A stretch of DNA of 64,000 nucleotides, taken from assembly GCF_003334815.1 (NCBI RefSeq), contig NZ_QOWO01000003.1. One strand, given 5' to 3'. Each line of letters starts with the position of its first letter. Position 1 is the stretch's first letter. Of this stretch, positions 27,073 through 39,427 are shown one piece after another. The position numbers were made by a program, and so were the translations under genes. The notes under the pieces are model-generated. The model was not told the origin of the DNA, made no database searches, and worked only from the letters and a program-made list of their open reading frames with translations. This stretch comes from Escherichia coli. GTDB lineage: Bacteria > Pseudomonadota > Gammaproteobacteria > Enterobacterales > Enterobacteriaceae.

Positions 27073-28353
27073 TTGTTTGACCGTTATGATGCTGGTGAGC
27101 AGGCGGTACTGGTACACATCTATTTTACGCAAGACAAAGATATGGAAGACCTCCAGGAGTTTGAATCTCTGGTCTCTTCCGCCGGTGTCGAAGCATTGCA
27201 GGTGATTACCGGTAGCCGTAAAGCGCCGCACCCAAAGTATTTTGTAGGTGAAGGTAAAGCAGTTGAAATTGCGGAAGCTGTCAAAGCGACGGGTGCTTCG
27301 GTCGTTCTTTTTGACCATGCCCTGAGCCCGGCGCAAGAGCGTAACCTGGAGCGTTTGTGCGAGTGTCGTGTTATCGACCGCACCGGCCTTATTTTAGATA
27401 TTTTCGCCCAACGTGCGCGTACCCATGAGGGTAAGTTGCAGGTTGAGCTGGCGCAGCTGCGCCATCTGGCTACGCGCCTGGTGCGTGGCTGGACCCACCT
27501 TGAAAGACAGAAAGGCGGGATAGGTTTGCGTGGTCCGGGTGAAACCCAGCTCGAAACCGACCGTCGTTTGTTGCGTAATCGCATCGTGCAGATACAGTCG
27601 CGCCTGGAAAGAGTTGAAAAGCAGCGTGAGCAGGGGCGGCAATCGCGTATCAAAGCCGACGTTCCTACTGTTTCGCTGGTGGGATATACCAACGCCGGTA
27701 AATCTACCCTTTTCAATCGCATCACCGAAGCGCGGGTCTACGCGGCAGACCAGTTGTTTGCCACCCTCGACCCGACGTTGCGGCGTATTGACGTTGCAGA
27801 TGTCGGTGAAACCGTACTTGCAGATACCGTAGGGTTTATTCGCCACCTGCCGCACGATCTGGTGGCGGCATTTAAAGCCACGTTACAAGAGACGCGGCAA
27901 GCCACATTACTGCTGCACGTCATTGATGCGGCGGATGTGCGTGTACAAGAAAACATCGAAGCGGTGAATACGGTTCTTGAAGAGATCGACGCTCACGAGA
28001 TCCCAACCCTGCTGGTGATGAACAAGATCGATATGCTGGAAGATTTCGAACCGCGTATTGATCGGGACGAAGAGAACAAACCGATCCGTGTCTGGCTTTC
28101 CGCACAGACCGGAGCGGGGATACCACAGCTTTTTCAGGCTTTGACGGAGCGGCTTTCCGGCGAGGTGGCGCAGCATACATTGCGTCTGCCACCGCAGGAA
28201 GGGCGTCTGAGAAGTCGTTTTTATCAGCTTCAGGCAATAGAAAAAGAGTGGATGGAGGAGGACGGCAGCGTAAGTCTGCAAGTTCGTATGCCGATCGTTG
28301 ACTGGCGTCGCCTCTGTAAACAAGAACCGGCGTTGATCGATTACCTGATCTAA
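27073..28353 (+). CDS. hflX: Ribosome-associated GTPase HflX
   Basis: 426-aa ORF initiating at TTG (27073); G-domain motifs GYTNAGKST. Confidence 0.93.
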   Translation: MFDRYDAGEQAVLVHIYFTQDKDMEDLQEFESLVSSAGVEALQVITGSRKAPHPKYFVGEGKAVEIAEAVKATGASVVLFDHALSPAQERNLERLCECRVIDRTGLILDIFAQRARTHEGKLQVELAQLRHLATRLVRGWTHLERQKGGIGLRGPGETQLETDRRLLRNRIVQIQSRLERVEKQREQGRQSRIKADVPTVSLVGYTNAGKSTLFNRITEARVYAADQLFATLDPTLRRIDVADVGETVLADTVGFIRHLPHDLVAAFKATLQETRQATLLLHVIDAADVRVQENIEAVNTVLEEIDAHEIPTLLVMNKIDMLEDFEPRIDRDEENKPIRVWLSAQTGAGIPQLFQALTERLSGEVAQHTLRLPPQEGRLRSRFYQLQAIEKEWMEEDGSVSLQVRMPIVDWRRLCKQEPALIDYLI

Positions 28354-28438
28354 CGGCGTAGCGTCTGAAGCGTGGAGTCATATCCTCTGGCGTCGAAAGA
28401 CAACAGGGATCACCGCATAACAAATATGGAGCACAAAC

Positions 28439-29698
28439 ATGGCGTGGAATCAGCCCGGTAATAACGGACAAGACCGCGACCCGTGGGGAAGCAGCAAACC
28501 TGGCGGCAACTCTGAGGGAAATGGAAACAAAGGCGGTCGCGATCAAGGGCCACCTGATTTAGATGATATCTTCCGCAAACTGAGCAAAAAGCTCGGTGGT
28601 CTGGGCGGCGGTAAAGGCACCGGATCTGGCGGTGGCAGTTCATCGCAAGGCCCGCGCCCGCAGTTTGGCGGTCGTGTCGTTACCATCGCAGCGGCAGCGA
28701 TTGTCATTATCTGGGCGGCCAGTGGTTTCTATACCATTAAAGAAGCCGAACGCGGCGTGGTAACACGCTTTGGTAAATTCAGCCATCTGGTTGAGCCGGG
28801 TCTGAACTGGAAACCGACGTTTATCGACGAAGTCAAACCGGTGAACGTGGAAGCCGTGCGTGAACTGGCCGCTTCTGGTGTGATGCTGACGTCGGACGAG
28901 AACGTAGTGCGCGTTGAGATGAACGTGCAGTACCGCGTCACCAATCCGGAAAAATATCTGTATAGCGTGACCAGCCCGGATGACAGCCTGCGTCAGGCTA
29001 CCGACAGCGCCCTGCGTGGAGTTATCGGTAAATACACCATGGACCGCATTCTGACGGAAGGTCGTACCGTGATTCGTAGCGATACTCAGCGCGAACTGGA
29101 AGAGACGATTCGTCCGTATGACATGGGTATCACGCTGCTGGACGTCAACTTCCAGGCTGCTCGTCCGCCGGAAGAAGTAAAAGCGGCGTTTGACGATGCG
29201 ATTGCCGCGCGTGAAAACGAACAGCAATACATTCGTGAAGCAGAAGCGTATACCAACGAAGTTCAGCCGCGTGCGAACGGTCAGGCGCAACGTATCCTCG
29301 AAGAGGCGCGTGCGTACAAGGCCCAGACCATCCTGGAAGCTCAGGGTGAAGTGGCGCGCTTTGCTAAACTTCTGCCGGAATATAAAGCCGCGCCGGAAAT
29401 TACTCGCGAGCGTCTGTATATCGAGACGATGGAAAAAGTGTTGGGTAACACCCGCAAAGTGCTGGTTAACGATAAAGGTGGCAACCTGATGGTTCTGCCG
29501 TTAGACCAGATGCTGAAAGGTGGTAACGCCCCTGCGGCGAAGAGCGATAACGGTGCCAGCAATCTGCTGCGTCTGCCGCCAGCCTCTTCCTCCACAACCA
29601 GTGGAGCAAGCAACACGTCGTCCACCAGTCAGGGCGATATTATGGACCAACGCCGCGCCAACGCGCAGCGTAACGACTACCAGCGTCAGGGGGAATAA
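28439..29698 (+). CDS. hflK: FtsH modulator HflK (SPFH/band-7)
   Basis: 419-aa ORF with Gly-rich N-terminus and SPFH domain. Confidence 0.96.
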   Translation: MAWNQPGNNGQDRDPWGSSKPGGNSEGNGNKGGRDQGPPDLDDIFRKLSKKLGGLGGGKGTGSGGGSSSQGPRPQFGGRVVTIAAAAIVIIWAASGFYTIKEAERGVVTRFGKFSHLVEPGLNWKPTFIDEVKPVNVEAVRELAASGVMLTSDENVVRVEMNVQYRVTNPEKYLYSVTSPDDSLRQATDSALRGVIGKYTMDRILTEGRTVIRSDTQRELEETIRPYDMGITLLDVNFQAARPPEEVKAAFDDAIAARENEQQYIREAEAYTNEVQPRANGQAQRILEEARAYKAQTILEAQGEVARFAKLLPEYKAAPEITRERLYIETMEKVLGNTRKVLVNDKGGNLMVLPLDQMLKGGNAPAAKSDNGASNLLRLPPASSSTTSGASNTSSTSQGDIMDQRRANAQRNDYQRQGE

Positions 29699-29700
29699 CG

Positions 29701-30705
29701 ATGCGTAAGTCAGTTATCGCGATTATCATCATCGTGCTGGTAGTGCTTTACATGTCTGTCTTTGTCGTCAAAGAAGGTGAGCGCGGTATTACGCTGCGTT
29801 TTGGTAAGGTACTGCGTGACGATGACAACAAACCTCTGGTTTATGAGCCGGGTCTGCATTTCAAGATACCGTTCATTGAAACGGTGAAAATGCTCGACGC
29901 ACGTATTCAGACCATGGACAACCAGGCCGACCGCTTTGTGACCAAAGAGAAGAAAGACCTGATCGTCGACTCTTACATCAAATGGCGCATCAGCGATTTC
30001 AGCCGTTACTACCTGGCAACGGGTGGTGGCGACATTTCGCAAGCGGAAGTGCTGTTGAAACGTAAGTTCTCTGACCGTCTGCGTTCTGAAATTGGTCGCC
30101 TGGACGTGAAAGATATCGTCACCGATTCCCGTGGTCGTCTGACCCTCGAAGTACGTGACGCGCTGAACTCCGGTTCTGCGGGTACAGAAGATGAAGTTAC
30201 TACCCCGGCGGCAGATAACGCCATTGCCGAAGCGGCAGAGCGCGTAACGGCTGAGACGAAGGGCAAAGTTCCGGTCATCAACCCGAACAGTATGGCGGCG
30301 CTGGGTATTGAAGTTGTCGATGTGCGTATCAAGCAGATCAACCTGCCGACCGAAGTGTCTGAAGCGATCTACAACCGTATGCGCGCCGAGCGTGAAGCGG
30401 TAGCGCGTCGTCACCGTTCACAAGGTCAGGAAGAAGCGGAAAAACTGCGCGCGACTGCCGACTATGAAGTGACCAGAACGCTGGCAGAAGCTGAGCGTCA
30501 GGGCCGCATCATGCGTGGTGAAGGCGATGCCGAAGCAGCCAAACTGTTTGCTGATGCATTCAGTAAAGATCCGGACTTCTACGCATTCATCCGTAGCCTG
30601 CGTGCTTATGAGAACAGCTTCTCTGGCAATCAGGACGTGATGGTCATGAGCCCGGATAGCGATTTCTTCCGCTACATGAAGACGCCGACTTCCGCAACGC
30701 GTTAA
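29701..30705 (+). CDS. hflC: FtsH modulator HflC (SPFH/band-7)
   Basis: 334-aa ORF; translationally coupled to hflK (2-bp gap). Confidence 0.96.
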   Translation: MRKSVIAIIIIVLVVLYMSVFVVKEGERGITLRFGKVLRDDDNKPLVYEPGLHFKIPFIETVKMLDARIQTMDNQADRFVTKEKKDLIVDSYIKWRISDFSRYYLATGGGDISQAEVLLKRKFSDRLRSEIGRLDVKDIVTDSRGRLTLEVRDALNSGSAGTEDEVTTPAADNAIAEAAERVTAETKGKVPVINPNSMAALGIEVVDVRIKQINLPTEVSEAIYNRMRAEREAVARRHRSQGQEEAEKLRATADYEVTRTLAEAERQGRIMRGEGDAEAAKLFADAFSKDPDFYAFIRSLRAYENSFSGNQDVMVMSPDSDFFRYMKTPTSATR

Positions 30706-30732
30706 TATAACGACTGCGGTACAGGTCAATAA

Positions 30733-30771
30733 AGCCACCGCATCCTCAGGGATGTCGGTGGTTTTCTTTTT
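30733..30771 (+). terminator. Intrinsic terminator after hflC
   Basis: CCACCGCATCC-TCAG-GGATGTCGGTGG hairpin followed by TTTTCTTTTT. Confidence 0.7.
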
Positions 30772-30786
30772 CTATAAGGATAATGA

Positions 30787-30984
30787 ATGAATTCGACAAT
30801 CTGGCTGGCGCTTGCCCTGGTTTTGGTACTGGAAGGTTTAGGGCCGATGCTTTACCCGAAGGCATGGAAGAAGATGATCTCTGCGATGACCAATTTGCCC
30901 GATAATATTTTACGTCGTTTTGGCGGTGGACTTGTGGTTGCGGGCGTTGTGGTCTACTACATGTTGAGGAAAACGATTGGCTGA
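30787..30984 (+). CDS. yjeT: Small membrane protein YjeT (DUF2065)
   Basis: 65-aa hydrophobic ORF; synteny. Confidence 0.8.
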   Translation: MNSTIWLALALVLVLEGLGPMLYPKAWKKMISAMTNLPDNILRRFGGGLVVAGVVVYYMLRKTIG

Positions 30985-31084
30985 ACAAAAAACAGACTGA
31001 TCGAGGTCATTTTTGAGTGCAAAAAGTGCTGTAACTCTGAAAAAGCGATGGTAGAATCCATTTTTAAGCAAACGGTGATTTTGA

Positions 31085-32386
<1,302 letters not shown>

Positions 32387-32590
32387 TTCTGGTACGCCTG
32401 GCAGATATTTTGCCTGCCGGGCGAACAGTGTGATACATTGCTGTGTCGGGTAAGCCATTACGCTATCCGACACAGTGTTAAATCCTCGCTTTTTTCCTTC
32501 CCCGAACTGAAATAAATTAGCGACACAGCTTGTGGCTGGTTTATCATCAATATAAATGTATTTTTTCCCGATTTCCCTTTTGAGGTTGAT

Positions 32591-33016
32591 GTGCAGTTAA
32601 CGAGTTTCACTGATTACGGATTACGTGCGCTGATCTACATGGCGTCATTGCCAGAAGGGCGGATGACCAGTATTTCTGAAGTGACTGACGTCTACGGCGT
32701 CTCCCGTAATCATATGGTCAAAATAATCAATCAACTTAGTCGTGCCGGCTACGTGACTGCTGTTCGTGGAAAAAATGGCGGCATTCGCCTGGGTAAACCG
32801 GCGAGTGCGATACGTATTGGTGATGTGGTGCGCGAGCTGGAGCCCTTATCGCTGGTGAATTGCAGCAGTGAGTTTTGCCACATTACACCTGCCTGTAGGT
32901 TGAAACAGGCACTTTCTAAGGCCGTGCAAAGTTTTCTTACGGAACTGGATAACTACACGCTTGCCGATTTGGTTGAAGAGAATCAACCGCTTTATAAATT
33001 ATTGCTGGTGGAGTGA
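32591..33016 (+). CDS. nsrR: Nitric-oxide-sensing Rrf2-family repressor NsrR
   Basis: 141-aa ORF from GTG; Rrf2 HTH and Cys ligands. Confidence 0.93.
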
Positions 33017-33054
33017 CGAAAATCTTCATCAGAGATGACAACGGAGGAACCGAG

Positions 33055-35496
33055 ATGTCACAAGATCCTTTCCAGGAACGCGAAGCTGAAAAATACGCGA
33101 ATCCCATCCCTAGTCGGGAATTTATCCTCGAACATTTAACCAAACGTGAAAAACCGGCCAGCCGTGATGAGCTGGCGGTAGAACTGCACATTGAAGGCGA
33201 AGAGCAGCTTGAAGGCCTGCGTCGCCGCCTGCGCGCGATGGAGCGCGATGGTCAACTGGTCTTCACTCGTCGTCAGTGCTATGCGCTGCCGGAACGCCTC
33301 GACCTGGTGAAAGGTACCGTTATTGGCCACCGTGATGGCTACGGCTTTCTGCGGGTTGAAGGGCGTAAAGATGATTTGTATCTCTCCAGCGAGCAGATGA
33401 AAACCTGCATTCATGGCGATCAGGTGCTGGCTCAGCCGCTGGGTGCTGACCGTAAAGGTCGTCGTGAAGCGCGTATTGTCCGCGTACTGGTGCCAAAAAC
33501 CAGCCAGATTGTTGGTCGCTACTTTACCGAAGCGGGCGTCGGCTTTGTGGTTCCTGACGACAGCCGTCTGAGCTTCGATATCTTAATCCCGCCCGATCAG
33601 ATCATGGGCGCGCGGATGGGCTTTGTGGTCGTAGTCGAACTGACTCAGCGTCCGACTCGCCGCACCAAAGCGGTGGGTAAAATCGTCGAAGTGCTGGGCG
33701 ACAATATGGGCACCGGCATGGCGGTTGATATCGCTCTGCGTACCCATGAAATTCCGTACATCTGGCCGCAGGCTGTTGAGCAACAGGTTGCCGGGCTGAA
33801 AGAAGAAGTGCCGGAAGAAGCAAAAGCGGGCCGTGTTGATCTGCGCGATTTACCGCTGGTCACCATTGATGGCGAAGACGCCCGTGACTTTGACGATGCA
33901 GTTTACTGCGAGAAAAAACGCGGCGGCGGCTGGCGTTTATGGGTCGCGATTGCCGACGTCAGCTACTATGTGCGTCCGTCAACGCCGCTGGACAGAGAAG
34001 CGCGTAACCGTGGCACGTCGGTGTACTTCCCTTCGCAGGTTATCCCGATGCTGCCGGAAGTGCTCTCTAACGGCCTGTGTTCGCTCAACCCGCAGGTAGA
34101 CCGCCTGTGTATGGTGTGCGAGATGACGGTTTCGTCGAAAGGCCGCCTGACGGGCTACAAATTCTACGAAGCGGTGATGAGCTCTCACGCGCGTCTGACC
34201 TACACCAAAGTCTGGCATATTCTGCAGGGCGATCAGGATCTGCGCGAGCAGTACGCCCCGCTGGTTAAGCATCTCGAAGAGTTGCATAACCTCTATAAAG
34301 TGCTGGATAAAGCCCGTGAAGAACGCGGTGGGATCTCATTTGAGAGCGAAGAAGCGAAGTTCATTTTCAACGCTGAACGCCGTATTGAACGTATCGAACA
34401 GACCCAGCGTAACGACGCGCACAAATTAATTGAAGAGTGCATGATTCTGGCGAATATCTCGGCGGCGCGTTTCGTTGAGAAAGCGAAAGAACCGGCACTG
34501 TTCCGTATTCACGACAAGCCGAGCACCGAAGCGATTACCTCTTTCCGTTCAGTGCTGGCGGAGCTGGGGCTGGAACTGCCGGGCGGTAACAAGCCGGAAC
34601 CGCGTGACTACGCGGAGCTGCTGGAGTCGGTTGCCGATCGTCCTGATGCAGAAATGCTGCAAACCATGCTGCTGCGCTCGATGAAACAGGCGATTTACGA
34701 TCCAGAAAACCGTGGTCACTTTGGCCTGGCATTGCAGTCCTATGCGCACTTTACTTCGCCGATTCGTCGTTATCCAGACCTGACGCTGCACCGCGCCATT
34801 AAATATCTGCTGGCGAAAGAGCAGGGGCATCAGGGCAACACCACTGAAACCGGCGGCTACCATTATTCGATGGAAGAGATGCTGCAACTGGGTCAGCACT
34901 GTTCGATGGCGGAACGTCGTGCCGACGAAGCAACGCGCGATGTGGCTGACTGGCTGAAGTGTGACTTCATGCTCGACCAGGTAGGTAACGTCTTTAAAGG
35001 CGTAATTTCCAGCGTCACTGGCTTTGGCTTCTTCGTCCGTCTGGACGACTTGTTCATTGATGGTCTGGTCCATGTCTCTTCGCTGGACAATGACTACTAT
35101 CGCTTTGACCAGGTAGGGCAACGCCTGATGGGGGAATCCAGCGGCCAGACTTATCGCCTGGGCGATCGCGTGGAAGTTCGCGTCGAAGCGGTTAATATGG
35201 ACGAGCGCAAAATCGACTTTAGCCTGATCTCCAGCGAACGCGCACCGCGCAACGTCGGTAAAACGGCGCGCGAGAAAGCGAAAAAAGGCGATGCAGGTAA
35301 AAAAGGCGGCAAGCGTCGTCAGGTCGGTAAAAAGGTAAACTTTGAGCCAGACAGCGCCTTCCGCGGTGAGAAAAAAACGAAGCCGAAAGCGGCGAAGAAA
35401 GACGCGAGAAAAGCGAAAAAGCCATCGGCGAAAACGCAGAAAATAGCTGCAGCGACCAAAGCGAAGCGTGCGGCGAAGAAAAAAGTGGCAGAGTGA
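33055..35496 (+). CDS. rnr: Ribonuclease R
   Basis: 813-aa product [20 protein letters not shown]... with RNB and S1 domains and a lysine-rich C-terminal tail. Confidence 0.96.
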   Translation: MSQDPFQEREAEKYANPIPSREFILEHLTKREKPASRDELAVELHIEGEEQLEGLRRRLRAMERDGQLVFTRRQCYALPERLDLVKGTVIGHRDGYGFLRVEGRKDDLYLSSEQMKTCIHGDQVLAQPLGADRKGRREARIVRVLVPKTSQIVGRYFTEAGVGFVVPDDSRLSFDILIPPDQIMGARMGFVVVVELTQRPTRRTKAVGKIVEVLGDNMGTGMAVDIALRTHEIPYIWPQAVEQQVAGLKEEVPEEAKAGRVDLRDLPLVTIDGEDARDFDDAVYCEKKRGGGWRLWVAIADVSYYVRPSTPLDREARNRGTSVYFPSQVIPMLPEVLSNGLCSLNPQVDRLCMVCEMTVSSKGRLTGYKFYEAVMSSHARLTYTKVWHILQGDQDLREQYAPLVKHLEELHNLYKVLDKAREERGGISFESEEAKFIFNAERRIERIEQTQRNDAHKLIEECMILANISAARFVEKAKEPALFRIHDKPSTEAITSFRSVLAELGLELPGGNKPEPRDYAELLESVADRPDAEMLQTMLLRSMKQAIYDPENRGHFGLALQSYAHFTSPIRRYPDLTLHRAIKYLLAKEQGHQGNTTETGGYHYSMEEMLQLGQHCSMAERRADEATRDVADWLKCDFMLDQVGNVFKGVISSVTGFGFFVRLDDLFIDGLVHVSSLDNDYYRFDQVGQRLMGESSGQTYRLGDRVEVRVEAVNMDERKIDFSLISSERAPRNVGKTAREKAKKGDAGKKGGKRRQVGKKVNFEPDSAFRGEKKTKPKAAKKDARKAKKPSAKTQKIAAATKAKRAAKKKVAE

Positions 35497-35563
35497 TCAA
35501 TACCCTCTTTAAAAGAAGAGGGTTAGATTGCTGACAAAATGCGCTTTGTTCATGCCGGATGCG

Positions 35564-35651
35564 GCGTGAACGCCTTATCCGGCCTACATAATCACGCAAA
35601 TTCAATATATTGCAGAGATCATGTAGGCCGGATAAACGTAGTGCATCAGGC
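35564..35651. repeat. REP/BIME element (inverted REP pair)
   Basis: GCCGGATGCGGCGTGAACGCCTTATCCGGCCTACA ... TGTAGGCCGGATAAACGTAGTGCATCAGGC, same architecture as the element at 1008-1107. Confidence 0.7.
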
Positions 35652-35675
35652 AAAACGTAAACAACGAGTACATTA

Positions 35676-36407
35676 ATGAGCGAAATGATTTACGGCATCC
35701 ACGCAGTGCAGGCCCTGCTGGAGCGCGCCCCTGAACGTTTTCAGGAAGTCTTTATTTTAAAAGGCCGTGAAGATAAACGTCTGTTACCGCTGATTCACGC
35801 CCTTGAGTCTCAGGGCGTGGTTATCCAGTTGGCAAACCGCCAATATCTCGACGAGAAAAGCGACGGTGCCGTGCATCAGGGCATTATCGCCCGCGTGAAG
35901 CCAGGACGTCAGTATCAGGAAAACGATCTGCCGGATCTGATCGCTTCGCTCGATCAACCGTTCCTGCTGATCCTCGACGGCGTAACCGATCCGCACAACC
36001 TCGGCGCGTGCCTGCGTAGTGCGGACGCCGCAGGCGTTCATGCGGTGATTGTGCCGAAAGATCGCTCCGCACAGCTCAACGCTACGGCGAAAAAAGTAGC
36101 CTGCGGCGCGGCAGAAAGCGTTCCGCTGATTCGGGTGACTAACCTTGCGCGCACCATGCGTATGTTGCAGGAAGAGAATATCTGGATCGTCGGTACGGCA
36201 GGCGAGGCGGATCATACACTCTATCAGAGCAAAATGACCGGACGCCTGGCGCTGGTGATGGGTGCGGAAGGTGAAGGTATGCGTCGCCTGACTCGTGAAC
36301 ATTGCGATGAGTTGATCAGCATCCCGATGGCTGGAAGCGTTTCTTCCCTGAACGTTTCGGTTGCGACCGGAATTTGCTTATTTGAAGCGGTGCGCCAGCG
36401 CAGCTAA
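35676..36407 (+). CDS. rlmB: 23S rRNA (Gm2251) 2'-O-methyltransferase
   Basis: 243-aa SpoU/TrmH-family ORF. Confidence 0.95.
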
Positions 36408-36424
36408 TTTCTCAGAATTATGAA

Positions 36425-36453
36425 AAGCCATCCAGATTTGGATGGTTTTTTTT
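36425..36453 (+). terminator. Intrinsic terminator after rlmB
   Basis: CCATCCA-GATT-TGGATGG hairpin followed by T8. Confidence 0.75.
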
Positions 36454-36532
36454 GTCTATAGCTGGTAAGATAATTACGTATTGCAAATATTCATTTTATT
36501 AATATTTAAACTTAATCTATATGGAATAATAT

Positions 36533-36934
36533 ATGACATGGAATCCGTTGGCGCTAGCGACGGCGCTGCAAACTGTACCTGAACAAAATATTGATGTAAC
36601 AAATAGCGAGAACGCATTAATTATTAAAATGAATGATTATGGCGATTTGCAAATCAATATTCTTTTTACTTCCCGCCAAATGATTATCGAAACCTTTATT
36701 TGTCCGGTGAGTAGTATCAGCAATCCAGATGAATTTAATACCTTCTTATTAAGAAATCAGAAGATGATGCCGTTGTCATCGGTAGGGATCTCCAGCGTAC
36801 AACAGGAAGAGTATTACATTGTTTTCGGGGCGTTATCGCTTAAATCTTCTCTTGAAGATATCCTGCTTGAGATAACCTCGCTGGTAGATAACGCATTGGA
36901 TCTGGCTGAAATTACAGAAGAATATTCACACTAA
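36533..36934 (+). CDS. yjfI: Uncharacterised protein YjfI (DUF2170 as recalled)
   Basis: 133-aa ORF; first gene of the yjfIJKLMC cluster. Confidence 0.85.
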   Translation: MTWNPLALATALQTVPEQNIDVTNSENALIIKMNDYGDLQINILFTSRQMIIETFICPVSSISNPDEFNTFLLRNQKMMPLSSVGISSVQQEEYYIVFGALSLKSSLEDILLEITSLVDNALDLAEITEEYSH

Positions 36935-36952
36935 TTACAAGGACGGGTATTT

Positions 36953-37651
36953 ATGGGAATTTTAAAAAGTTTATTTACGCTGGGGAAATCGTTTATCTCC
37001 CAGGCGGAAGAATCCATTGAAGAAACCCAGGGCGTGCGCATGCTGGAACAGCATATTCGTGACGCTAAAGCTGAACTCGATAAAGCCGGAAAATCTCGCG
37101 TTGATCTGCTGGCGCGGGTGAAATTAAGTCACGATAAGCTGAAAGATTTACGTGAGCGCAAAGCCAGTCTGGAAGCCCGTGCGCTGGAAGCGTTAAGCAA
37201 GAACGTTAATCCGTCGTTGATTAACGAAGTTGCTGAAGAAATCGCGCGCCTTGAGAATCTCATTACCGCTGAAGAGCAAGTGTTGTCGAATCTGGAAGTC
37301 TCCCGTGATGGCGTGGAAAAAGCAGTTACAGCGACAGCGCAGCGTATCGCTCAGTTTGAGCAGCAAATGGAAGTCGTTAAAGCCACTGAAGCCATGCAGC
37401 GTGCACAACAGGCTGTAACAACCTCTACCGTTGGCGCATCTTCCAGCGTTTCGACAGCGGCAGAATCCTTAAAACGCCTGCAAACGCGTCAGGCCGAACG
37501 TCAGGCTCGCCTGGATGCTGCCGCACAGTTGGAGAAAGTCGCAGACGGTCGCGACCTTGACGAAAAGCTGGCGGAAGCCGGAATTGGCGGTAGCAATAAA
37601 AGTAGCGCCCAGGATGTATTAGCAAGACTGCAACGCCAACAGGGCGAGTAA
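36953..37651 (+). CDS. yjfJ: PspA/IM30 (ESCRT-III-like) family protein
   Basis: 232-aa predominantly coiled-coil ORF (EESIEETQGVRMLEQHIRDAKAELDKAG...). Confidence 0.88.
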   Translation: MGILKSLFTLGKSFISQAEESIEETQGVRMLEQHIRDAKAELDKAGKSRVDLLARVKLSHDKLKDLRERKASLEARALEALSKNVNPSLINEVAEEIARLENLITAEEQVLSNLEVSRDGVEKAVTATAQRIAQFEQQMEVVKATEAMQRAQQAVTTSTVGASSSVSTAAESLKRLQTRQAERQARLDAAAQLEKVADGRDLDEKLAEAGIGGSNKSSAQDVLARLQRQQGE

Positions 37652-37701
37652 TTTTTTTGCCAGCCTCGCTAAAAGGCTGGCAACTATTTTAAGGATAAAA
37701 T

Positions 37702-38361
37702 ATGTCTGGTTTTTTCCAGCGTCTGTTTGGCAAGGATAATAAGCCAGCTATCGCTCGTGGTCCGCTGGGACTTCATCTCAATAGTGGCTTTACGCTCGAC
37801 ACGTTAGCGTTTCGTTTGCTGGAAGATGAATTGCTGATTGCGCTGCCGGGTGAGGAATTTACGGTAGCCGCCGTCAGCCACATCGATCTGGGCGGCGGTA
37901 GTCAGATTTTCCGCTACTACACTTCAGGCGATGAGTTTCTGCAAATCAATACCACCGGCGGCGAAGATATTGATGACATTGATGATATCAAGCTCTTTGT
38001 CTATGAAGAGAGCTACGGTATCAGTAAAGAGAGTCACTGGCGCGAGGCGATCAACGCCAAAGCGATGGGAGCAATGACCTTAAACTGGCAGGAAAAACGC
38101 TGGCAGCGATTTTTTAACAGCGAAGAACCGGGAAATATCGAACCCGTCTACATGCTGGAAAAAGTAGAAAATCAAAACCATGCCAAATGGGAGGTCCATA
38201 ATTTTACCATGGGCTACCAACGGCAAGTAACCGAAGATACTTACGAATATTTGCTGCTAAATGGTGAGGAATCTTTTAACGATCTCGGCGAGCCAGAGTG
38301 GTTATTTTCGCGCGCGTTGGGTGTCGATATCCCGCTGACATCACTTCATATTATTGGTTAA
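37702..38361 (+). CDS. yjfK: Uncharacterised protein YjfK (DUF2491 as recalled)
   Basis: 219-aa ORF; synteny. Confidence 0.85.
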   Translation: MSGFFQRLFGKDNKPAIARGPLGLHLNSGFTLDTLAFRLLEDELLIALPGEEFTVAAVSHIDLGGGSQIFRYYTSGDEFLQINTTGGEDIDDIDDIKLFVYEESYGISKESHWREAINAKAMGAMTLNWQEKRWQRFFNSEEPGNIEPVYMLEKVENQNHAKWEVHNFTMGYQRQVTEDTYEYLLLNGEESFNDLGEPEWLFSRALGVDIPLTSLHIIG

Positions 38362-38378
38362 TTACAAGGACGTTTACA

Positions 38379-38777
38379 ATGCATATACTGGATTCACTTC
38401 TTGCCTTTAGCGCCTATTTTTTTATTGGCGTGGCTATGGTGATTATTTTTCTGTTTATCTATTCTAAAATTACACCGCACAACGAATGGCAGTTAATCAA
38501 AAACAATAATACCGCGGCGTCACTGGCGTTCAGCGGTACATTGTTGGGTTACGTTATCCCCTTATCCAGTGCGGCAATCAATGCGGTGAGTATTCCAGAC
38601 TATTTCGCCTGGGGCGGGATTGCACTGGTGATTCAGTTACTCGTTTTTGCTGGTGTCAGACTTTATATGCCCGCATTAAGCGAAAAAATTATTAATCACA
38701 ATACCGCAGCAGGAATGTTTATGGGAACCGCCGCGCTGGCTGGCGGTATTTTTAACGCAGCTTGTATGACATGGTAA
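38379..38777 (+). CDS. yjfL: Inner-membrane protein YjfL (DUF350 as recalled)
   Basis: 132-aa hydrophobic product from the ATG at 38379 (MHILDSLLAFSAYFFIGVAMVIIFLF). Confidence 0.85.
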   Translation: MHILDSLLAFSAYFFIGVAMVIIFLFIYSKITPHNEWQLIKNNNTAASLAFSGTLLGYVIPLSSAAINAVSIPDYFAWGGIALVIQLLVFAGVRLYMPALSEKIINHNTAAGMFMGTAALAGGIFNAACMTW

Positions 38778-38786
38778 TGGACGATC

Positions 38787-39425
38787 ATGGCCAGAAAACG
38801 CAAATCAAGAAATAACAGTAAAATTGGTCACGGAGCGATTAGTCGCATTGGTAGACCGAATAATCCTTTTGAACCGCGTCGCAATCGCTACGCACAAAAA
38901 TACTTAACGTTGGCGCTAATGGGCGGTGCCGCTTTTTTCGTATTGAAAGGTTGTAGCGATAGTAGCGATGTCGATAACGACGGCGACGGAACGTTTTACG
39001 CGACAGTGCAGGATTGTATTGATGACGGTAATAATGCCGACATTTGCGCGCGTGGCTGGAACAACGCCAAAACGGCATTTTATGCCGATGTTCCGAAGAA
39101 TATGACTCAGCAGAACTGTCAGTCTAAGTACGAAAATTGCTACTACGACAATGTTGAACAGAGTTGGATCCCGGTCGTTTCTGGATTTTTGTTAAGCCGG
39201 GTTATTCGTAAAGATCGCGATGAGCCGTTTGTTTATAACAGCGGCGGTTCCTCTTTTGCTTCGCGCCCAGTCTGGCGCAGCACTTCTGGTGATTACTCTT
39301 GGCGCTCCGGTTCTGGCAAAAAAGAGTCTTACTCTTCGGGCGGCTTTACCACCAAAAAAGCGTCTACCGTTTCTCGCGGCGGCTATGGTCGTTCTTCCAG
39401 CGCCCGTGGGCATTGGGGAGGCTAA
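38787..39425 (+). CDS. yjfM: Uncharacterised Gly/Ser-rich protein YjfM (DUF1190 as recalled)
   Basis: 212-aa ORF with basic N-terminus, one membrane helix, low-complexity C-terminus. Confidence 0.85.
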   Translation: MARKRKSRNNSKIGHGAISRIGRPNNPFEPRRNRYAQKYLTLALMGGAAFFVLKGCSDSSDVDNDGDGTFYATVQDCIDDGNNADICARGWNNAKTAFYADVPKNMTQQNCQSKYENCYYDNVEQSWIPVVSGFLLSRVIRKDRDEPFVYNSGGSSFASRPVWRSTSGDYSWRSGSGKKESYSSGGFTTKKASTVSRGGYGRSSSARGHWGG

Positions 39426-39427
39426 TC

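Noticed and set aside
35219-35653. 144-aa minus-strand ORF
   Set aside because: Antisense to the lysine-rich rnr 3' end and runs through the REP/BIME element; low-complexity translation.
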